A program made the translations under genes and the position numbers. Positions 1 to 15,800 of a DNA stretch of 64,000 nt are shown piece by piece (within the stretch, counting starts at the first letter, position 1; each line of letters begins with the position of its first letter). Source of the DNA: Auanema rhodensis (Eukaryota; Animalia; Nematoda); NCBI GenBank assembly GCA_964057225.1, contig OZ059898.1, positions 6,014,001 to 6,078,000 on the forward strand. Direction: 5' to 3'. Under the pieces are notes generated by a model. The model searched no databases and was not told where the DNA came from. It was given only the letters and a program-made list of their open reading frames with translations.

Positions 1-84
1 AGCACGGTCACGTTGAAGTTCAATGCTCTTTTGTCGCTCACGTTGTTTTTTCTCTTTCTCCTTCTGTTCAGCTTTTTGAAGCCT
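1..84 (-). CDS. Probable internal exon of an unidentified gene that runs off the left edge (charged helix RLQKAEQKEKEKKQRERQKSIELQRDRA)
   Basis: Minus-strand acceptor tttgttcag at 93-85 is followed by 28 open codons with coiled-coil-like K/E/R/Q composition and higher GC than the flank. Upstream exons were not identified. Confidence 0.45.
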
Positions 85-1584
85 CTGAACAAAGATTATA
101 CATCAATTGAAGTTTTTATTATATTTTTTTAAACTTTAACTATGTGATCAATTTGTCTATTATTATGATGAAAATGAGATAAACCATTTACATACTTTAT
201 CTTAAATGTATGTATGTATATATGCATATTATAACAATAATATTATATGAATATATTTATATATTTAAAATATTTTTTATTTAAAAAAATTTTAAATTCT
301 TTTTTTATTTGCAATGCAAAGACCACAAATTTTTATATTTGTGTTCTTAAAAAATATCTTTTTTTTTCCTTTTTTTCAACTTCTTCTTTTCTTATAATAA
401 TGTTGTAAGAAGAAGATAAATTTGAATTTTCAATAAAGAACGACAACGACTTTTTGTTTTATGGAATCCATACCAAGTGGATGTAAACAATCTCATATAG
501 AATTTCGAAATATGAAGAGAAGTTAGAGAAGTTTCACTATGCTGCACAAAGTTCGAGCTTGTAAAAACCTTTTGCTGTGTATGGAATAGATTTTGATTGA
601 AATATGGGGCGAACACTACAAGTAAGTGCTTGTTGTGAAAAAATTTAGAAAGTTCAAAATTTTACTAAAACTTCTGTTTTTTTTTAAATTTTGTAGAAAC
701 AATAAATCGATTTAAGGCTTATGTTGAACTTTAAAAAGGACATGGACATAGACTACTAATGGTAAACTTTTTGCTTATCTCAGAATATGATTGGAAGCCA
801 GTGATGATAGCACACAAGAAAAACATTCAAATATTTTTATATATTATATTCAATTTTTTAAATATAATATGTATAATATTTAAAATTATTAGAAAAATAT
901 GTTAACTGATATGAAACAAGAGATTATTAGTCTGTAACGTCTGTTTACAAAAAACTGAGGAATTGAATGACCTGAGAATGTCGGACAACAGAAAAAAAAA
1001 TTTTCAGAGTGATATATCATAGTAAGTGACAAAACTTTGATGAAAATTGTTGTGACAATTGAAAGAGCAAATGTTAGTTACATATAGTATTTCTCACATT
1101 TACTTTGGTTTATATAATTCATAATCTATCTCTTGTTGATTTTCGTTTTAAAATCTATAATTTGATTATGATATTATTGAATTGACTGTATTATTATTAT
1201 TTTTTTTTATTTCTTTATTATTAAAGAAAAACTAATTTTTTGCTTTCAAACTTACATCAAAATCACTAAATCCGCCAGCAAAAATCATAGTCCGTTATCG
1301 GATTAGCTTTACCGTAGCAAGCTGAACAAGTAAAATGAAATGAGAAGAGATTGAAGAATAGGTTCAAAGAGAAGATAGGAAGTAGTTTGTATCACGATAA
1401 TTGAAAAATAAGAGACAGCAGTAAGGAAAGGGGTAGAAGTAAAATGAAGAAGAAATAGAAGACGAAGAAGTAGGAGGGATGATGACAGGGGAGGAGTTTT
1501 AGGATCTGAACTCGGATGAAAGAGAATAAAACGAAAAAAGTGGACATTGAAAACTAAGAAGGCGGGTCATACAGAATGAAAGAA

Positions 1585-1655
1585 GAGAGAGAGAGCAAAA
1601 GAGAGAGAAACAGAGAGAGAGACAGAGAGAGAAACAGAGAGAAACAGAGAGAGAT
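1585..1655. repeat. Interrupted (GA)n microsatellite / GAGA tract
   Basis: Direct reading: gagagagagag...cagagagaga repeats. Confidence 0.85.
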
Positions 1656-4600
1656 ATTAACAATAAGTACGCAGTACGAAAGATAAAGAGAGACATAGAT
1701 ATTTAGGATCATGTAAGGAAAAAAAGAAATGTTAAATGAAAGAAAAACAAAAATATTTAATCATTTAGGACGCATCGGAAACGCAAGAGCTTCCGTCGTT
1801 ATCGGTAATGCAGGCTTAGATATTCCGTAATTCGGAAGTATGAATGTGCTGTTGAGACTTAAAGGATAGAGGATAAGCAAAAATGGCTTTTTAAACTTAT
1901 GAAGATGAATAGTTTGAGAAGAAGATTTGAAGGAAGGATGAAAATAATCTTGAAGGTGTAAAGTGATAATGACATATGCAACTAAAATAAGGATGGAACG
2001 GAAGTAGAAACTGAATGAAGAGCATTTGTCCTTATTACATACAAACACCATAGAAGCTTTGGTATAAATTTGGAATAATCACAAGGCAAATACTACTACA
2101 GAATTTATGAATTGGTCTTGCGAAGAAAAAAAAAACATAAAGTACATAACATTAAAGAAATAACTTTATGAATATTTCATATAGTTTAAGGACAAATACA
2201 ATTTGATGTCAATACTATATATGTATAAAAATTGAAATTTTCAGTAATTGAAAACAAAATGTTGTTGATAGCTTTTAAAGTAAAGAAAAACAAAAAAAAA
2301 GATTGTGTTAAAACCGAAAATAGTAGAAAAATGTGAGAACTAGTTAAAAAGAATTAAGCTTGTCATCGCCTTAATGATATATTTTTCTTTTTTTTTGTCT
2401 CTCTTGTTGAGAGACAGACAACTATTGTATAGTAAGTCAATATTTATTGATAATTAATTTTCATTTTCTTCATGAATAGCTGAATTAGAAACAAAAGTTT
2501 TTAAAAAGTTTGCTTGTTGAAAAGGCATGGTATGGTAAAAAAAGTTTTTTTTTTTTAATAAAAAAAAAGGATTATGAGAATTTTAAAGGTGAATGTAGTA
2601 AAACAAGTTTACAACTTTAATGTAACATTTAAATAACTCATAATAACTAAAAGTAGACAAAGAATTCAAATAAAGAATAAAAGCCAATATTTAATTTTCT
2701 AAAGGAAATAAGCGAAAATAAATGTTTTTTTTTTCGAAATTTAAAATAAAAATAGAAACTATTCAACTATGTAACTATGTAACTATATGGTATAATTAAA
2801 TATATTTAATAAAAATATACATATGTATATCATTTTAAATAAAAATTAATTGTATAATAGGTTTTAAATGTGTTATTAGTTATTACCCAACATATTTTGA
2901 AACAACAATAGAAAATAAAACATAAATAGATATAGCTAAAGACAAAAGTTCTCGAAACAGATGACATTTAAAGGAAAAAACTTTCAAAATGGTTTTTAAA
3001 CAACAAGTCATTTGTTTCTTTTAGAAAAGATAAAAAAATATGAAATATGATATGTAAAATTAATTTTAAAATAATAGTTCAAATTGCAAAGAAAAAAAAA
3101 CATAAATTTTCAAAAGAAACAAATTTGATATGTAAAATAAAAGCAGAATTACAATGTTTTTTACATAAATTTATCTTAAGAAATAAATATTATGAAATTG
3201 ACAATATTTATATTATTTCTATTATAAGCAACTTAAAGCTTAGAAAAATATTATAAGTTATTGTTGATTAATTAAGTTTGTTAATCATAAGAGAGATATA
3301 CTTAAGCTGTACTTTTTCAATTGAAAGCATAGATCATGAATGAGAATAGTGATGGATATTGATAGATAGATAGATATGTATTATACATATTGATATGTTT
3401 ATTGTATTCTAAGGACATAAGAATGAAAATTGTATTTCTTATATCACTTCATACATAATCAAACATATTATTCATTAAGATTGATAGCTTCTTGATGTCA
3501 TTCGTTCATTTTTTTTTGTTGTTTATTTTATTCTTCTAAAAAGATGAAAGAAGTTTCTTTTTTCAACTGAAGCAATGTAGCAATAATGATATCCAGTTAC
3601 AGAAAAATGAAAGAAAACAACACTTGAAGACTTATGGATTTCACACGGGTGTTTTGTGCTTTATTCTTCTTTTTTCTATCTCTATTTGGAATATTTTGTG
3701 TATTTAAGAATGAAAATTACTTACAAAAGCTTTAAAATAATATTTTCATTTAATTTACTGGATCAAAAACCTTAATGACATATGGAGTATATATTGGAAA
3801 TAGTATATTCAAAAATCAAATTTTCCTGTAATCCAAATATCATCTAGAAGAGTTTTTTGAAAATATTTATATTCCCACAAAAAATGTTTCTCGAAATTCT
3901 TGGATTCTTGGATAATATCAATTCTAAGAAGAAAAAAATAATTAAAACTGAAATAAGTAATAGTAGAAAGTAGTCGATGAAGCTAAAGTCAGTTTGGAAG
4001 ATTGAAAATCAAGATGTGAAAAGTCTAAAGACAAGAAAGTTTACAAAGTGACGAATGGACACAAAAGAACCCTAAATAGCTTCACAACTTGAGCTAAATC
4101 CAGGAAGCAAGCGGACGACAAAGCATTTTAGAATGATGATAGCAAGGGGCCAATGTCTATTCAGTATCTGAAAAGTCTTGACGTTTTCCGTTTTGTTGGA
4201 ACTGATATAATATTTCCGTTAGCTTTGGTTCTATGTCCTACTTAGCATTGGATGCTCAAGAAAGATCAACAGCAGACAAAGAATGAACAGGAAAACTGAA
4301 GAGTAGAGAGAAAGAGGAGAGCAAGGGGGGGGGGCAGTTAGGGAAACAAAAAAGGAACGTTTTGTGTGTGAATGAAATAGTCTAGTGATTTATATGATCG
4401 AGAACCAGAAAATGAGCAATTGAAGCAGGCTAAAATGAGTTTTTTTTTGTTGAAAAAAATAAGAATAATTGAAAGAGAATAGCAGAGATTAGAATGATTA
4501 TGAAAAAAACGAAGAATAGAGAGATTATTCAGAATAAAATGTCAATTATCTTTTGGAATTAAATTTGAACGAAGTGATTCAGTTCGTTCGTATAAAATCA

Positions 4601-6344
4601 TGATCAGACATCATGATGGACGAAAGACAGAAAAAATATAAATTTTTAAGCTGTTCAAAGGAAATTGCTCAAAATAGATTTTCGTGTCTTGTCTTGGCTT
4701 ATCCTCTTCAAAAATCGTATGAAAAGTAGCTATATGGGATAATTAACTAGTCAAAGAGGAGTTAGAAAGTGTTGTTACAATGTTGAATAGGCCATACTTG
4801 TCGAATTTAAGGTCTGAGACAGAAAAAAAGTTAAAAAATACCAATTTTTTCGATTAAAGTTCTTGCTGTGCTCAGCTGGTATAAACAGATTAAGCCTTGA
4901 ACGATCCACAGCTGAGTGTTAAGCTCAAGCACGAACTGAGTTCTTCGGCACGTAGATTGTATGTGACAGAAAAAAAAAAGAAGTTCAGAAATGAATGAAA
5001 AACGTGAATTTGTGTGAAAATATATGAAACAATTGAAGAAAATCACATAGATTTTGATAAAAATGAAAAAGAAAGAAATATTAAAAAAGACAAATATCTA
5101 GTATTCAACATATATTTCCATCTATCTATCTATATATGCATGTATCTGCCTGTCTCCTCTTCGTATATGTAAGTATCGCTTTCGTGTATCAGTGTATTTC
5201 AAAATCAAAATATTCAAAAAAAAGGAAATAGTAAAAAGAAAACATATATCTATATATAAAGACAGATAGAGTCATTCTGTCAAAGAGAGGCGCATGTACA
5301 TGGATGAGAATATTCAACTATGGAAGAGGAGAGGAAGAAGAGAGGGGGGGGAGAGAAGGACGCTTTCCTACATCTATCGTTTATCCACCCAATTTCAGCT
5401 TTTTTCTTTTTTTCTATCTATCAATTTCTCTATTTCTCTTTCTCTTCTTCTTTTTTATGTTTTCTTTTTCTGTTTTTCTCTCACTTACTTCTTCACTCAC
5501 TCTGATTTTTTTCTCCAAAAGAGATATCGTCAACGTGTCATGTCAACAATCATGTAAACTATTTTCCCTCATCTTCATTCTCTATATTTCGGTGTGTTAT
5601 ATCTCTTTTTGATGTTTCTGTTTCAAATCTAGACATGGATGCAGTGAGTGAGACAAGGAAGATGAATGGATATACTTGAAGAAGGTGAATGACGGATTTT
5701 GTGATATTTTGACAAAAAAAACTTTTCATACATGTATCTTGGTGTTTTATAGATGTTTGTTAACTAAAAAAGTACTACCATGTGCTTTAAATCATAAAAA
5801 TAGAAAACGTTTTAGCAGAAAAAAGAATTGAAAATGATGGTATATGAGAGGACATGTGAAAACGATGAATAGAGGATCAAGAGAAGAAAAAGGATTATTA
5901 AATGTTTATCGTAATTGCTATGTCGTCAAGTTCAAAATTCAATATAGAAACTATAGGAAGAAGCAGAAAAAAGAGAGAATAAAGCAGAAAAAAATCTTTT
6001 TTTTTTCTTTTTCATATAATTGAAATTAGACAAAAATTGATATCCAAAAACATTTGGGAATTATATTACTGAAAATATGATTTTATGTGAATTAATATAC
6101 AGTGACTCTACTAGAAATACATAGAATTTATAATTTTGTAGAATTGTTTTTGTGAAAAACAATTTTGTTTTTTTTTTGTCTGAGAAAAATTGGTTAATTG
6201 ATTCTAAAAACGATGGGACAATAAGATCATCTGTTATTACCTTATTATCATGTCACAAGTTCTCAAGTTTGTTGTCCGAAATCAATTCCAATGACTGTTT
6301 TTTGCAAAAAAAACTGATATAACAAACAAAAACAAATATAAAAG

Positions 6345-6362
6345 AGCTAGAGAGAGAAAGCT

Positions 6363-6393
<31 letters not shown>

Positions 6394-6450
6394 AAGAAAG
6401 GGAGAGAGAGAGAGAGATGAATACAGAAGAAGAGAGAGAGAGAGAGAAAG
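6345..6450. repeat. (GA)n microsatellite tract
   Basis: Long agagagag runs with short interruptions. Confidence 0.9.
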
Positions 6451-8547
6451 AACAAGCGTGAGAGGAAAATCATATAAAAAATTTTTATTTGATGATTGAC
6501 TAGTTAGTACTGCATGCATCTGTTTTAACATATTGTGTTCAAGAAAATGATTTTAATTCTATGGATGAATGAGCTTTTTCACTTTGACAGTATACTATTC
6601 AACAAACATGATTGGTTGATTATATTTCATTTGCAAACTGATATGATAAAGAAAGAAAAGAAAGCTCTCACACTTCATGGAAGAAATATGAAGGAAATGA
6701 CTTGAATTAGAGAATTGGTTATGCAGTTCATCTGACCTTCTTTTGAACTTTTTCATCGAATTTAGTGTAAGAAATGACCAAGAACTGAAGAGATTTCGTC
6801 TCAATTTTGTGACAGTTTGAGGATTTAAACTTTTAAACGACATCTTTCCATAGTAAAGATTCTGTAGTGCTATTGTTCTTCATTCAAATTTTGGGTCAAG
6901 CTTGTTCGTTTTTAGAGAATCATAGCTCAAAACAATTGATCATTCTTCCTTTGAAGCTTTAAGGGGAAGTTGTTCAACTGCTTTTCTACAGCCACCCTCA
7001 CATGAGCTATATCTGGATCTGTTTTTAGCGAAAATCTTAAAATGGAAACTTCTTGAATTTAAATAAACCTTCATGTTTTTTGTGATTTTTTAATTGTTCT
7101 TTTATACAAATTTTAACAAATATCCAACTAAAATAACACAGATGAAAAGGTTAAAAGAGAGAATAGGAGGGATTCAAACCATTTTATTTAAATCTTTTTT
7201 TAAATTTTAAAATAATTAATGTTATTCCTATTAGTTAATCCAAAAAAAACAAGTAAAATGATTTTTATTTTTTTGCTCTTTCTCTTTGTTGTAAATAATT
7301 TAATAGTTCGTCATCAATGAGCTCTAATACTAAAATAGTTTCATTGTTTTAAAAACAGCTACTAATCGTATAAAATTTCCACAAAGGCTAACAAGCTTAA
7401 AAATTGTAAAACGGAAAAAATATAAACGTATATTTCCTAATTAAGAGGGATTTATGTTGTAAAATGATTGTCGGTTTCAATCTTTTTTTTCTTCTCTCAT
7501 TTGCAAACTACGTAGGTGCTTGAAGATATACTTACAATGTACGTGGATACTAAGTTCAAAAAAAAAGAAAAAAAACTTAGAGATGATATACAATATGCGA
7601 TCAGCTTTCACCGTTTTTTTCAACAAAAAATTTTTGAAATTCTGAAGTTTTAAATAAATTCTTAACGTTCACATGATTAGTAGTAAGAAATAAAGGATAG
7701 CCATGAGGGAAATTCTTTAATGAATGTATTAAGCCATTTAATTTATATAATATGCCTTATAAAAGGCCATAGATCTTTTTGCTCTTACTCATTTTTTTTA
7801 TTTAAAAGTTTTAAGAATGTTAATAAGGCCTTCATTGCACTTTTTATTCTTAGCTTAATTTAATGATTCAAAATTAAAAAGGAACGACAATGAATTCTCA
7901 TATAAACGTGAGTCGGAAAAAAAAATTCTCATTGAACTTTGAACATCTTAATATTCCTATTCAATTTCGTTAGTCGAATAAGGATTGAAACAGGGAAAAA
8001 ACGAAATAATTAGAAATCTAAAGAGGGCTTGAAAAGGAGGAAGTTCTTCGAATCAAACGAATTATTCTGCATTTTCTTCAAAACCTTCTTTTTATGAAAT
8101 TTTATATGGTGAGATGGCTCACATGTTGAACAGCTCAACATAATAGAATTTGATGCAAAATTGAGTCAACTTTTTGACAACTTAAAAGCAAAAATCAATG
8201 GAAATAGAATAAGTTTTTCGAAAAATGTATCCTTTAGCATTAATGAAAGGGGATCTCATAGTTGTTAAAGTTTTGTTATTTTTTTATTGGATAAAAAAAA
8301 AATCAGAAATGCAAAAAAATAAAAAGAGGAATTGAGAAGAAGAACCTGCATAACTTGAGGTCAGCAGCGTCAAGGTATGATAGTGTTGAAAGATCATACA
8401 ACACTTGAAAATAATTTGATATATGATCTTCTAAGTGAAGCACTGATAAAGAAAAGTGAAGGTGATCAAATCTCAGGTGTTGGTAGGTGACAAGAAAGAG
8501 TAAGTTCATAAATCGGCTGTAAAGCGATGAGTAGAATCTAAAAATGT

Positions 8548-8605
8548 TTATATATATATATAAATATATACTTAAGTTAAATATATATATATATATATAT
8601 ATATA
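8548..8605. repeat. (TA)n microsatellite
   Basis: Direct reading. Confidence 0.85.
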
Positions 8606-9776
8606 CAAGTTATTTATTGAATAGCAATAGTTGTTGAAAAGTTGTGTCTCAAAACAATAAAGGTATTCTTCTCCATATCCCAAAATATCGTATAGTAAAG
8701 CTCACTTCTTTAGCACTTTTTCATTATATTAAGTATACTATATATAGTTATTTTATTTATATGCTATATATAAAAAGTCCAATTTCTATTTTTGTTCGGC
8801 ACTTGGGCTGAATAGACAGAAGAAATTAATCATCTGAACTGAAAAAATGTAAAATTTTGTCTTCGTTCGGCATTTTAAGCTTTGAAATAAAATCAAAGAC
8901 AAAGTGGACAACTAGCATCCGTTATCCTGATTCTGTCGGCGTAATTTTGATCATCTGATGCGTGAACTCGAAGGCAATAAGCAGACCCCTATAGACAATG
9001 ACATCAATGACAAGAATAGTAACAGAGCTAAGGATAGAATATGAAAGAGAGATGAGAGTTGGCTAGACGGTTGAAAGAATAGCCAGTATGGAATACTTTC
9101 CATCTCTTGGGAACAATTTTTCCACATACAAAGTGAGAGAGAACCAAACTTTGAAAGAAGTTAAACGAAGAGACAAAAAGAATCAGCTGTATTAAGATTA
9201 AAGAGTTAAATATGAATTGAAGTTTGAATATACAGCAGCGTTCTATATGTAAGTTATGCTCTCCGATTTATTTTTAATGGTTTTTTTTGTGTTTTTTGAT
9301 TGATCACAGATCAACATACATACATATAGACATCTATCTATCTATCTATAGGCAGATATGTATATGTTCTAAAAGCGGAAAACGAACGAACATGTGCAGT
9401 TAAAGCTTTTAGTTTTGAAATAAATTAAAATAAATTCATTTGAATGAAAATATTTTTAATATTATGCCTTATAAGTCTATTCTTGAATTATAATTTTATT
9501 TTATAAATATATTAGTATTATCATTAAATTAAAATTTAAAATATTATAATTATATTTCATTTAAGAAATAGGATAGTATAGATGTACCATATATGAATAT
9601 ATTTATGTATTTTATTGTTTATTATTACATATATATATACGAATATATACATATAAATTATAAATAAATATTAGAAAAATAAATATTCTCACTTAAATAC
9701 ATTTTTTCTTTCTTTGATTGCTATTAATAATCATTATAGTTAATTGTATATTTAGTACTCAAAATATTTTCTAACC

Positions 9777-9850
9777 TTTCTCTCTCTTTCTCTCTCTCTC
9801 TTCTTTTTTTCTTTCTCTTTCTTTCTCTTTCTCTCTCTTTCTCTCTCTAT
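9777..9850. repeat. (CT)n/(CTTT) pyrimidine microsatellite
   Basis: Direct reading. Confidence 0.85.
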
Positions 9851-12800
9851 GTTCTTTTCCATTTTGTTCTCCTGTTCCCTCTCGTTCTCTTTCATAGCAG
9901 ACTTTGTTCTTTAGGCTTTTCGGGTCATTTATATTCTCATTCTTCTAACTGAATATCAAGTATATTTCTTGGAATTATCATTGAAATTTGCAAAATTATA
10001 TTTGAAATTTCCGTCATGTCCAAGAAGGAAGTCACGAAAAAGAATAATAAAACATCATTTCATTCACATCATATGTACGTATGTTCATACAAGTTTGACA
10101 ATATTACTGTTTTACTATGTGTGCAGAATGATGTCAATATTAACTTCCGGGAAAAAAAGAAGAAGAAGAATGAAAATGAATCCTCATATATGCAAATGAA
10201 CTATAATTTTTTTATGAAAAGAAGAAAGTTCTAGTAAAGTAATTGCAAAAAAAGAAAATAAAAACTTCGATTTCATCATGTAATGTTAAAAAACATTGGT
10301 AAAGCCTAGCAATCAAATGACTCAATATCCATCATATCAAAAGCTTTGTATAACACATGCTGGCATGTTAATAGTGTTGTCTTTTACCGAGTTGGAACAT
10401 AAATTTTCTTTGATAGGTCGACTAATTGCACAAAAAAAATCTTATTTTTTTTAACTTCTTTCTGGGTGTTTGTTTTGAATGATTGTGAGAGAGATGTCGG
10501 CGACGGAACAAACATGCAATCAGTAGTTCCTGGATGAGTGAATGGGCATAAAAAAATTTTTTTTATAAACTCTATTATCATGTTTATAAAAAGAAGAAAG
10601 ATAACCTTTTTTTGTTCTGTGCAAAACGTTGAAGAACTTTTTTGTCTTTTCTACCATTGCCCCTGGGGGGCATATATAGTTTTTGAAAGAAACAAATATC
10701 TGAGAAATACCCAAACATGTAGTATTCACTTCGTCATTTTCCATTCGTCGTTTTAACTTCAGTTCGAATTTCAAAGTTTTACAATCGGTATAGTTGAAAG
10801 AAGCAAAAGTAGTAGTTAGAAAAATAAATTGTTGTTAAACGATTGATAGTATACAGTTATATTTAGATTAATGAAAAACAAAATTGACTAAATATACATA
10901 TAAATATGTATTAAACTATACATATTAATAGTTTATTTAAAAGAAGTTTTTTAATTATTATGATAATACTGTCGTTGAATGATAAATGATATTCATTAAT
11001 CATTAATGTATTATATTTATAAATATATATAAATAGTCTATTATTCTATATATAGATATATACTATATATACTATATTTATTTATTTTTTTCACATTTTA
11101 TTCATATAATATTCATTTAACTTTTATTCATCATCATTTCTGCCAATCATTTACGTGTATATACATGTACATGTACTTCACTTCATGTAGTTGAATCTAT
11201 TTCAAAACCTATATTGTCCTTTTTCAAATATTTTCTCTTTTAGAACAATAATCTACCCAAGAATGCGAAAAAAAAGCATTTAATAATAGAAACAAATAGA
11301 AAAACAAGAGAAATGCCTCACAAATTACGAGAATATGGCCAGTTAGAGAAGAAATTTGATTGAAGACATGGACATATAAGATGTTAGACTAGATCAGACT
11401 GATATAAAGACGAAGAGATAGATTTTGGAAGCAAATTGATGAAATCTGCTCTGAGCTCGAAAATTTCTCTTTTCTCTTCATCATCACACCACTATGCTCG
11501 TCTTCTTCTTCTTTTTTTTCACATCCATGTGCATACATATGTGTATGTTATATATGAAGTAAAATACATTACATGAGAATTGAAACAGAAAATGAAACAA
11601 CTTCCTTGGAAGTGACGGAAACTGTTAACTTTTAGTTCGTAAAATGGCAACTTTTAAATTAAATTGCTACACGTACCAAGTATTAGTGGTAAATCTCATT
11701 TTTTTTTAAACATCTTTTCTGTTTTTATCAAGTATTCAGATTTACTTTGCGTTGACGGAGTATGAGATTCAATTTTGAAACACTAATTTGGCAGGAAAAT
11801 CATCTTCAATCTCGTATCGTGTTTCAGACGAATTAGTTAATGTGGACCTCTACACTCTAACTCTCTTATGAAAGCTCAAAGAACTTTTACGATCCCTATT
11901 TTTTGTGTTCCTTTTATTTTATTTTTATTATTTTTAATTAAAATTGAAATTATTCACATACCTGTTTGGTTCGAAGTGCCTGAGCTCCGAGCATCTTTCT
12001 TACAATACGCTATTTGATTTCGTTTCGAACTTGTGAATGAGGAACACGGAAGCGATTCCTAAAAAAAAAGAAAAAAAAATTAATTGAACGAAAAAAATTA
12101 GAAAAGACGAGATGTATCGAGCTGTAATTGTCTTTAAATTGATGAACTTTTATATATTTTTTTGTTTTATTTGAAAGAAACTTCAAATTGATATAAAACA
12201 AATTGTAATGATATAGAAAAGTAGAATAGAAACGTTATGAAACCAGAAAACACAGAAAAAGAAGATGATTATGATGGTAAGAGTGATAAAGCTCATATTT
12301 AGAAGGCATTTTTTCGTATGAAAATGACAAATGTCGATTGGACAGATGACAAGTAGATGACAATCTTTCGCATTTTAAATTTCTTCTTCTTTAGCCTATC
12401 AGTTTGTTGTTTTAAACATAGTATTCATAGAATATAGATATGACAATAGAAAAAGTATAAATAGAATAAAATAGTTATCTTGAAATGAGCAATAATCCAA
12501 AATAAAATTGTGACAGCATCGTAGGCAGCCGGCTATTTTCAAGATACTTGTAGAATATATGGCTTGTGAGGTACAGGGTAGAGGTTGTTGGAATGAGGCG
12601 GAGTTTCAAGAACAAGCTTCCTGCTCATAGAGAGATCCTAACACAAAAATAGGCGGAGCAAGAACAAACGGTCTCTAGAGGAAAGTTCTGCAGTAGCATG
12701 AAAACGAGAGTAAGAAAAAACTGATAGAGATGAGAAAAAAAGAAACATGAAGTGATAGTAACATTGGAAAAGCTGTTCATTGTTAAGATTTGAAGAGGAA

Positions 12801-15800
12801 ACAGATTCAGTTCACTTAGTGTCAATTTGCGTGAAAATTACGTATATCAATGAGAAGAGTCAAGTTGTAATGGGATACGAGGTGCAGACTTAGAGAATGA
12901 GGAAAAAGTTTGAGAAAATTTGAGAAACTGTGATATGTTAGAATAAAAAGAGTAATAGAGCAAGTGAGTAAAAAGAAAGAATAAAATAATATACTGAAAG
13001 AGAGAATGAGTGAGAGAGAGTGAAAAGAGGAAAGAGGGAAAAAAGAGAAAAAGTAAGAGAGAAAAAGTTGACGTCATTCATGATAAAAATCAGAAAAAGG
13101 ATAAGAAGAGAAGACCCCCAGAGGAATCATTGAGTTCGACGATTGTGTTGCAATAAAAGAGGGTAGAGAGATAGAGATAAAGCCATGTGTGAGAATGATG
13201 AATGAGAGATCACACTTTGTTGAATGATTTCATAGACTTGGACCCAATTCTCTGGCTCAGCATTCATCTCATTTACACTTAGGTAAGATGTGATAATGAA
13301 ACTATTCATAAGATAAAGTTATATATAATGGCATAATGTTTAAAGAATATAAAAAAAATATATATAAATATATTATATATTATTTCTTATGTAATAAACA
13401 AATAAAAATATATTTATATAAAATTAATTTTTAATTGATTTAAAATAATATAAATATTCCAAATATATGTAAAGATATTATTTAAAAACTATGTAAAACT
13501 ATCTTGTACCCTCAGGGATTGACCAAACTTTTTGTACTTTATATCGGTCAAAGTTAAAGTTTTCACTCAGAATATTATTGATTTTGTGTGAAAAAAATTT
13601 TTCTATAATTAATCTTGAATTTAAGCTTTATTTTAGAAATAACAAAAGAGTAGATGTTTATATAAATAATAAGTTTTTAAGTGTAATATTGTAAAGATAA
13701 GTATTTATAAAATCGTACTTAGTGCTTGCCCTATGTCTTTTCGTATTTTTTTTCAAAAACTTTCTCACCCTTTATATATCAAGAGAAAATGTTATATAGC
13801 TGAGATTAACCGCCGCCTCTAGCAACTAGACAAAAACAGATAGTGAGAAGTGATGTCTCTAGTTGACCTGATTTGGCATCGATGGGATGCTACACTCCAA
13901 CTTCACTTCTACGAACTTATTAGCGACAGGTGATCAGAAATGGTCGACAGGCAACACTAGAAGATCAAGACAGCAGGAAAGAGAGAATGGACAAAAGAAC
14001 GAGAATGAGCTATTCTAATGGTAGTATGAGAGAGAGCCAGAGAATTACAGGTAGAAGAATATTCGGAAAGAGGGAGAAATAGGTGAGAGAAGGATACATT
14101 ATAGTATTGCATGATGACACAGAGAGAAAAAGAGGATAGAATCTGAAGAGAACACTGATTCGTAAGTGAGTAAGGCGGACGACTGTTGCCTTTTATGGAT
14201 GGACCCGATATTCGTCTGCCCTATCATCCTTGTCAAAGCCTTCACCTCTATATCAAAAGATAAATTTTGATAACATTTTCATTTCTAATAGTATGAGTGA
14301 ATTATTAAACTCAATAATGAAAGAAAACAACCAGGTATTTATAAATTTATTTGTATTCTCATTTTCTTTTCAAAAAACTTGTTTATTTTTATTTTTCTAA
14401 TGAACACATGTAATCGTATTATCTTTCCAAAATTGACATAATTTTGGTTTTCAACTTTATGTTTTTCATCACTTTTTATTGAAAAAAAAGTTATTTCATA
14501 AGATCACATTTATCTTCAAAAGTCATTCTATTTTTTGGAAATTTTATTGCACATAACATGTAATTCAAAGATTCGTTTTTAATCTTTTTGGCTATGAAGA
14601 CTCAATTATATCTTCTTATCCTTATTATAAGAAATATAAGAAGTAGGGTATAATTAGAATAGTATAGAAGCTATGAATGTTATTGCTGGTATTAATATTC
14701 TGAAATCCATTCTTTAAAAATAATTTTCTTTTTGAAATGTCTTAGCTTTATACCGCTATCTATTCCCCTTATTCTATTTTTTTTCGGTTTTCAACATTAT
14801 AACATTGACAGAAAAAAATGAAAGATGAAGAGAGAGAGGGAGGTGGTGGTAAGGGGATGAAGTTGTCTGAGAGATATTGGGGGTAGAAACGAAATAAGCT
14901 AGTTGATGATAGAAAACCGGGTTTCGTTTTCATTTAGACGCCTCATATACAAGTAAAGAGTTGTATTAGTAGTTTGAGAAAGCTAATAAGAGGGAGAGAA
15001 AATACAAAAGACAAAGTGAAATAGTGAGAAACAGAGAGATAAAGAAAGAAAAAGAATTCGAAGATGACCAGAATAGAAAAACGGGTGAAAATGAAGCGAC
15101 AATACATGAAAGGAATGAACAAGCAATATAACATACAGATTTCATACATCTTCACCATATCATGTCCTGTTATCTCTCGAAAAGCTTTTACTTTTTTTAT
15201 CTTTTGTTTACAAATGATTTATTCTTTTAACTTATATACAAAGTTATCTTTTTTTTTTCTTTAAAGAAAAAAAAACAATTTCCAGATCAAAATTCATTCA
15301 TGTATATGATATGACCTTTTCTATAAATTTCTAGACATATCCCATATATATTAAAACTTTTGAAGAACATTTTTGAATAGAAAGATTACAATTAACCTTA
15401 TTTTTTTGTTGAAAAAATGATGTTGATGCCTGAGAAAAGTCAGAAATGACATCAAAGACTGTAGAAAGAAAAGTATTCGTATGTATTTAATAATATAAAT
15501 TATTTATATTTATTTAATTTTTATATTAAATTATATTGATTATAATGTAGTTTATATATATATTATATAATATTTATAAAATTTTCTTTTATTTTTAATA
15601 TTTTTTTTGAATGACTTTCTCTCGTTTGCATAGACTTCGTAGTATTTAGTAAGACAGTTCAAGTATGGGTTTAAGGTAAATAATCTACTTGTTCTCGTTT
15701 CGCTACCCGGTTTCATCTGCTATCCAACTTGCTTTCCAGCTGTTCTTATTACCTTAAGGGGTCAGGGTATATATGGGAAGAAAGCCAAATCATTCTTCCT

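Noticed and set aside
392-15264. The many 60-126 aa ORFs in the ORF track (F/L/S/I-rich)
   Set aside because: Translations of AT-rich and (GA)/(CT) microsatellite DNA; no family motifs and no consistent splice structure.
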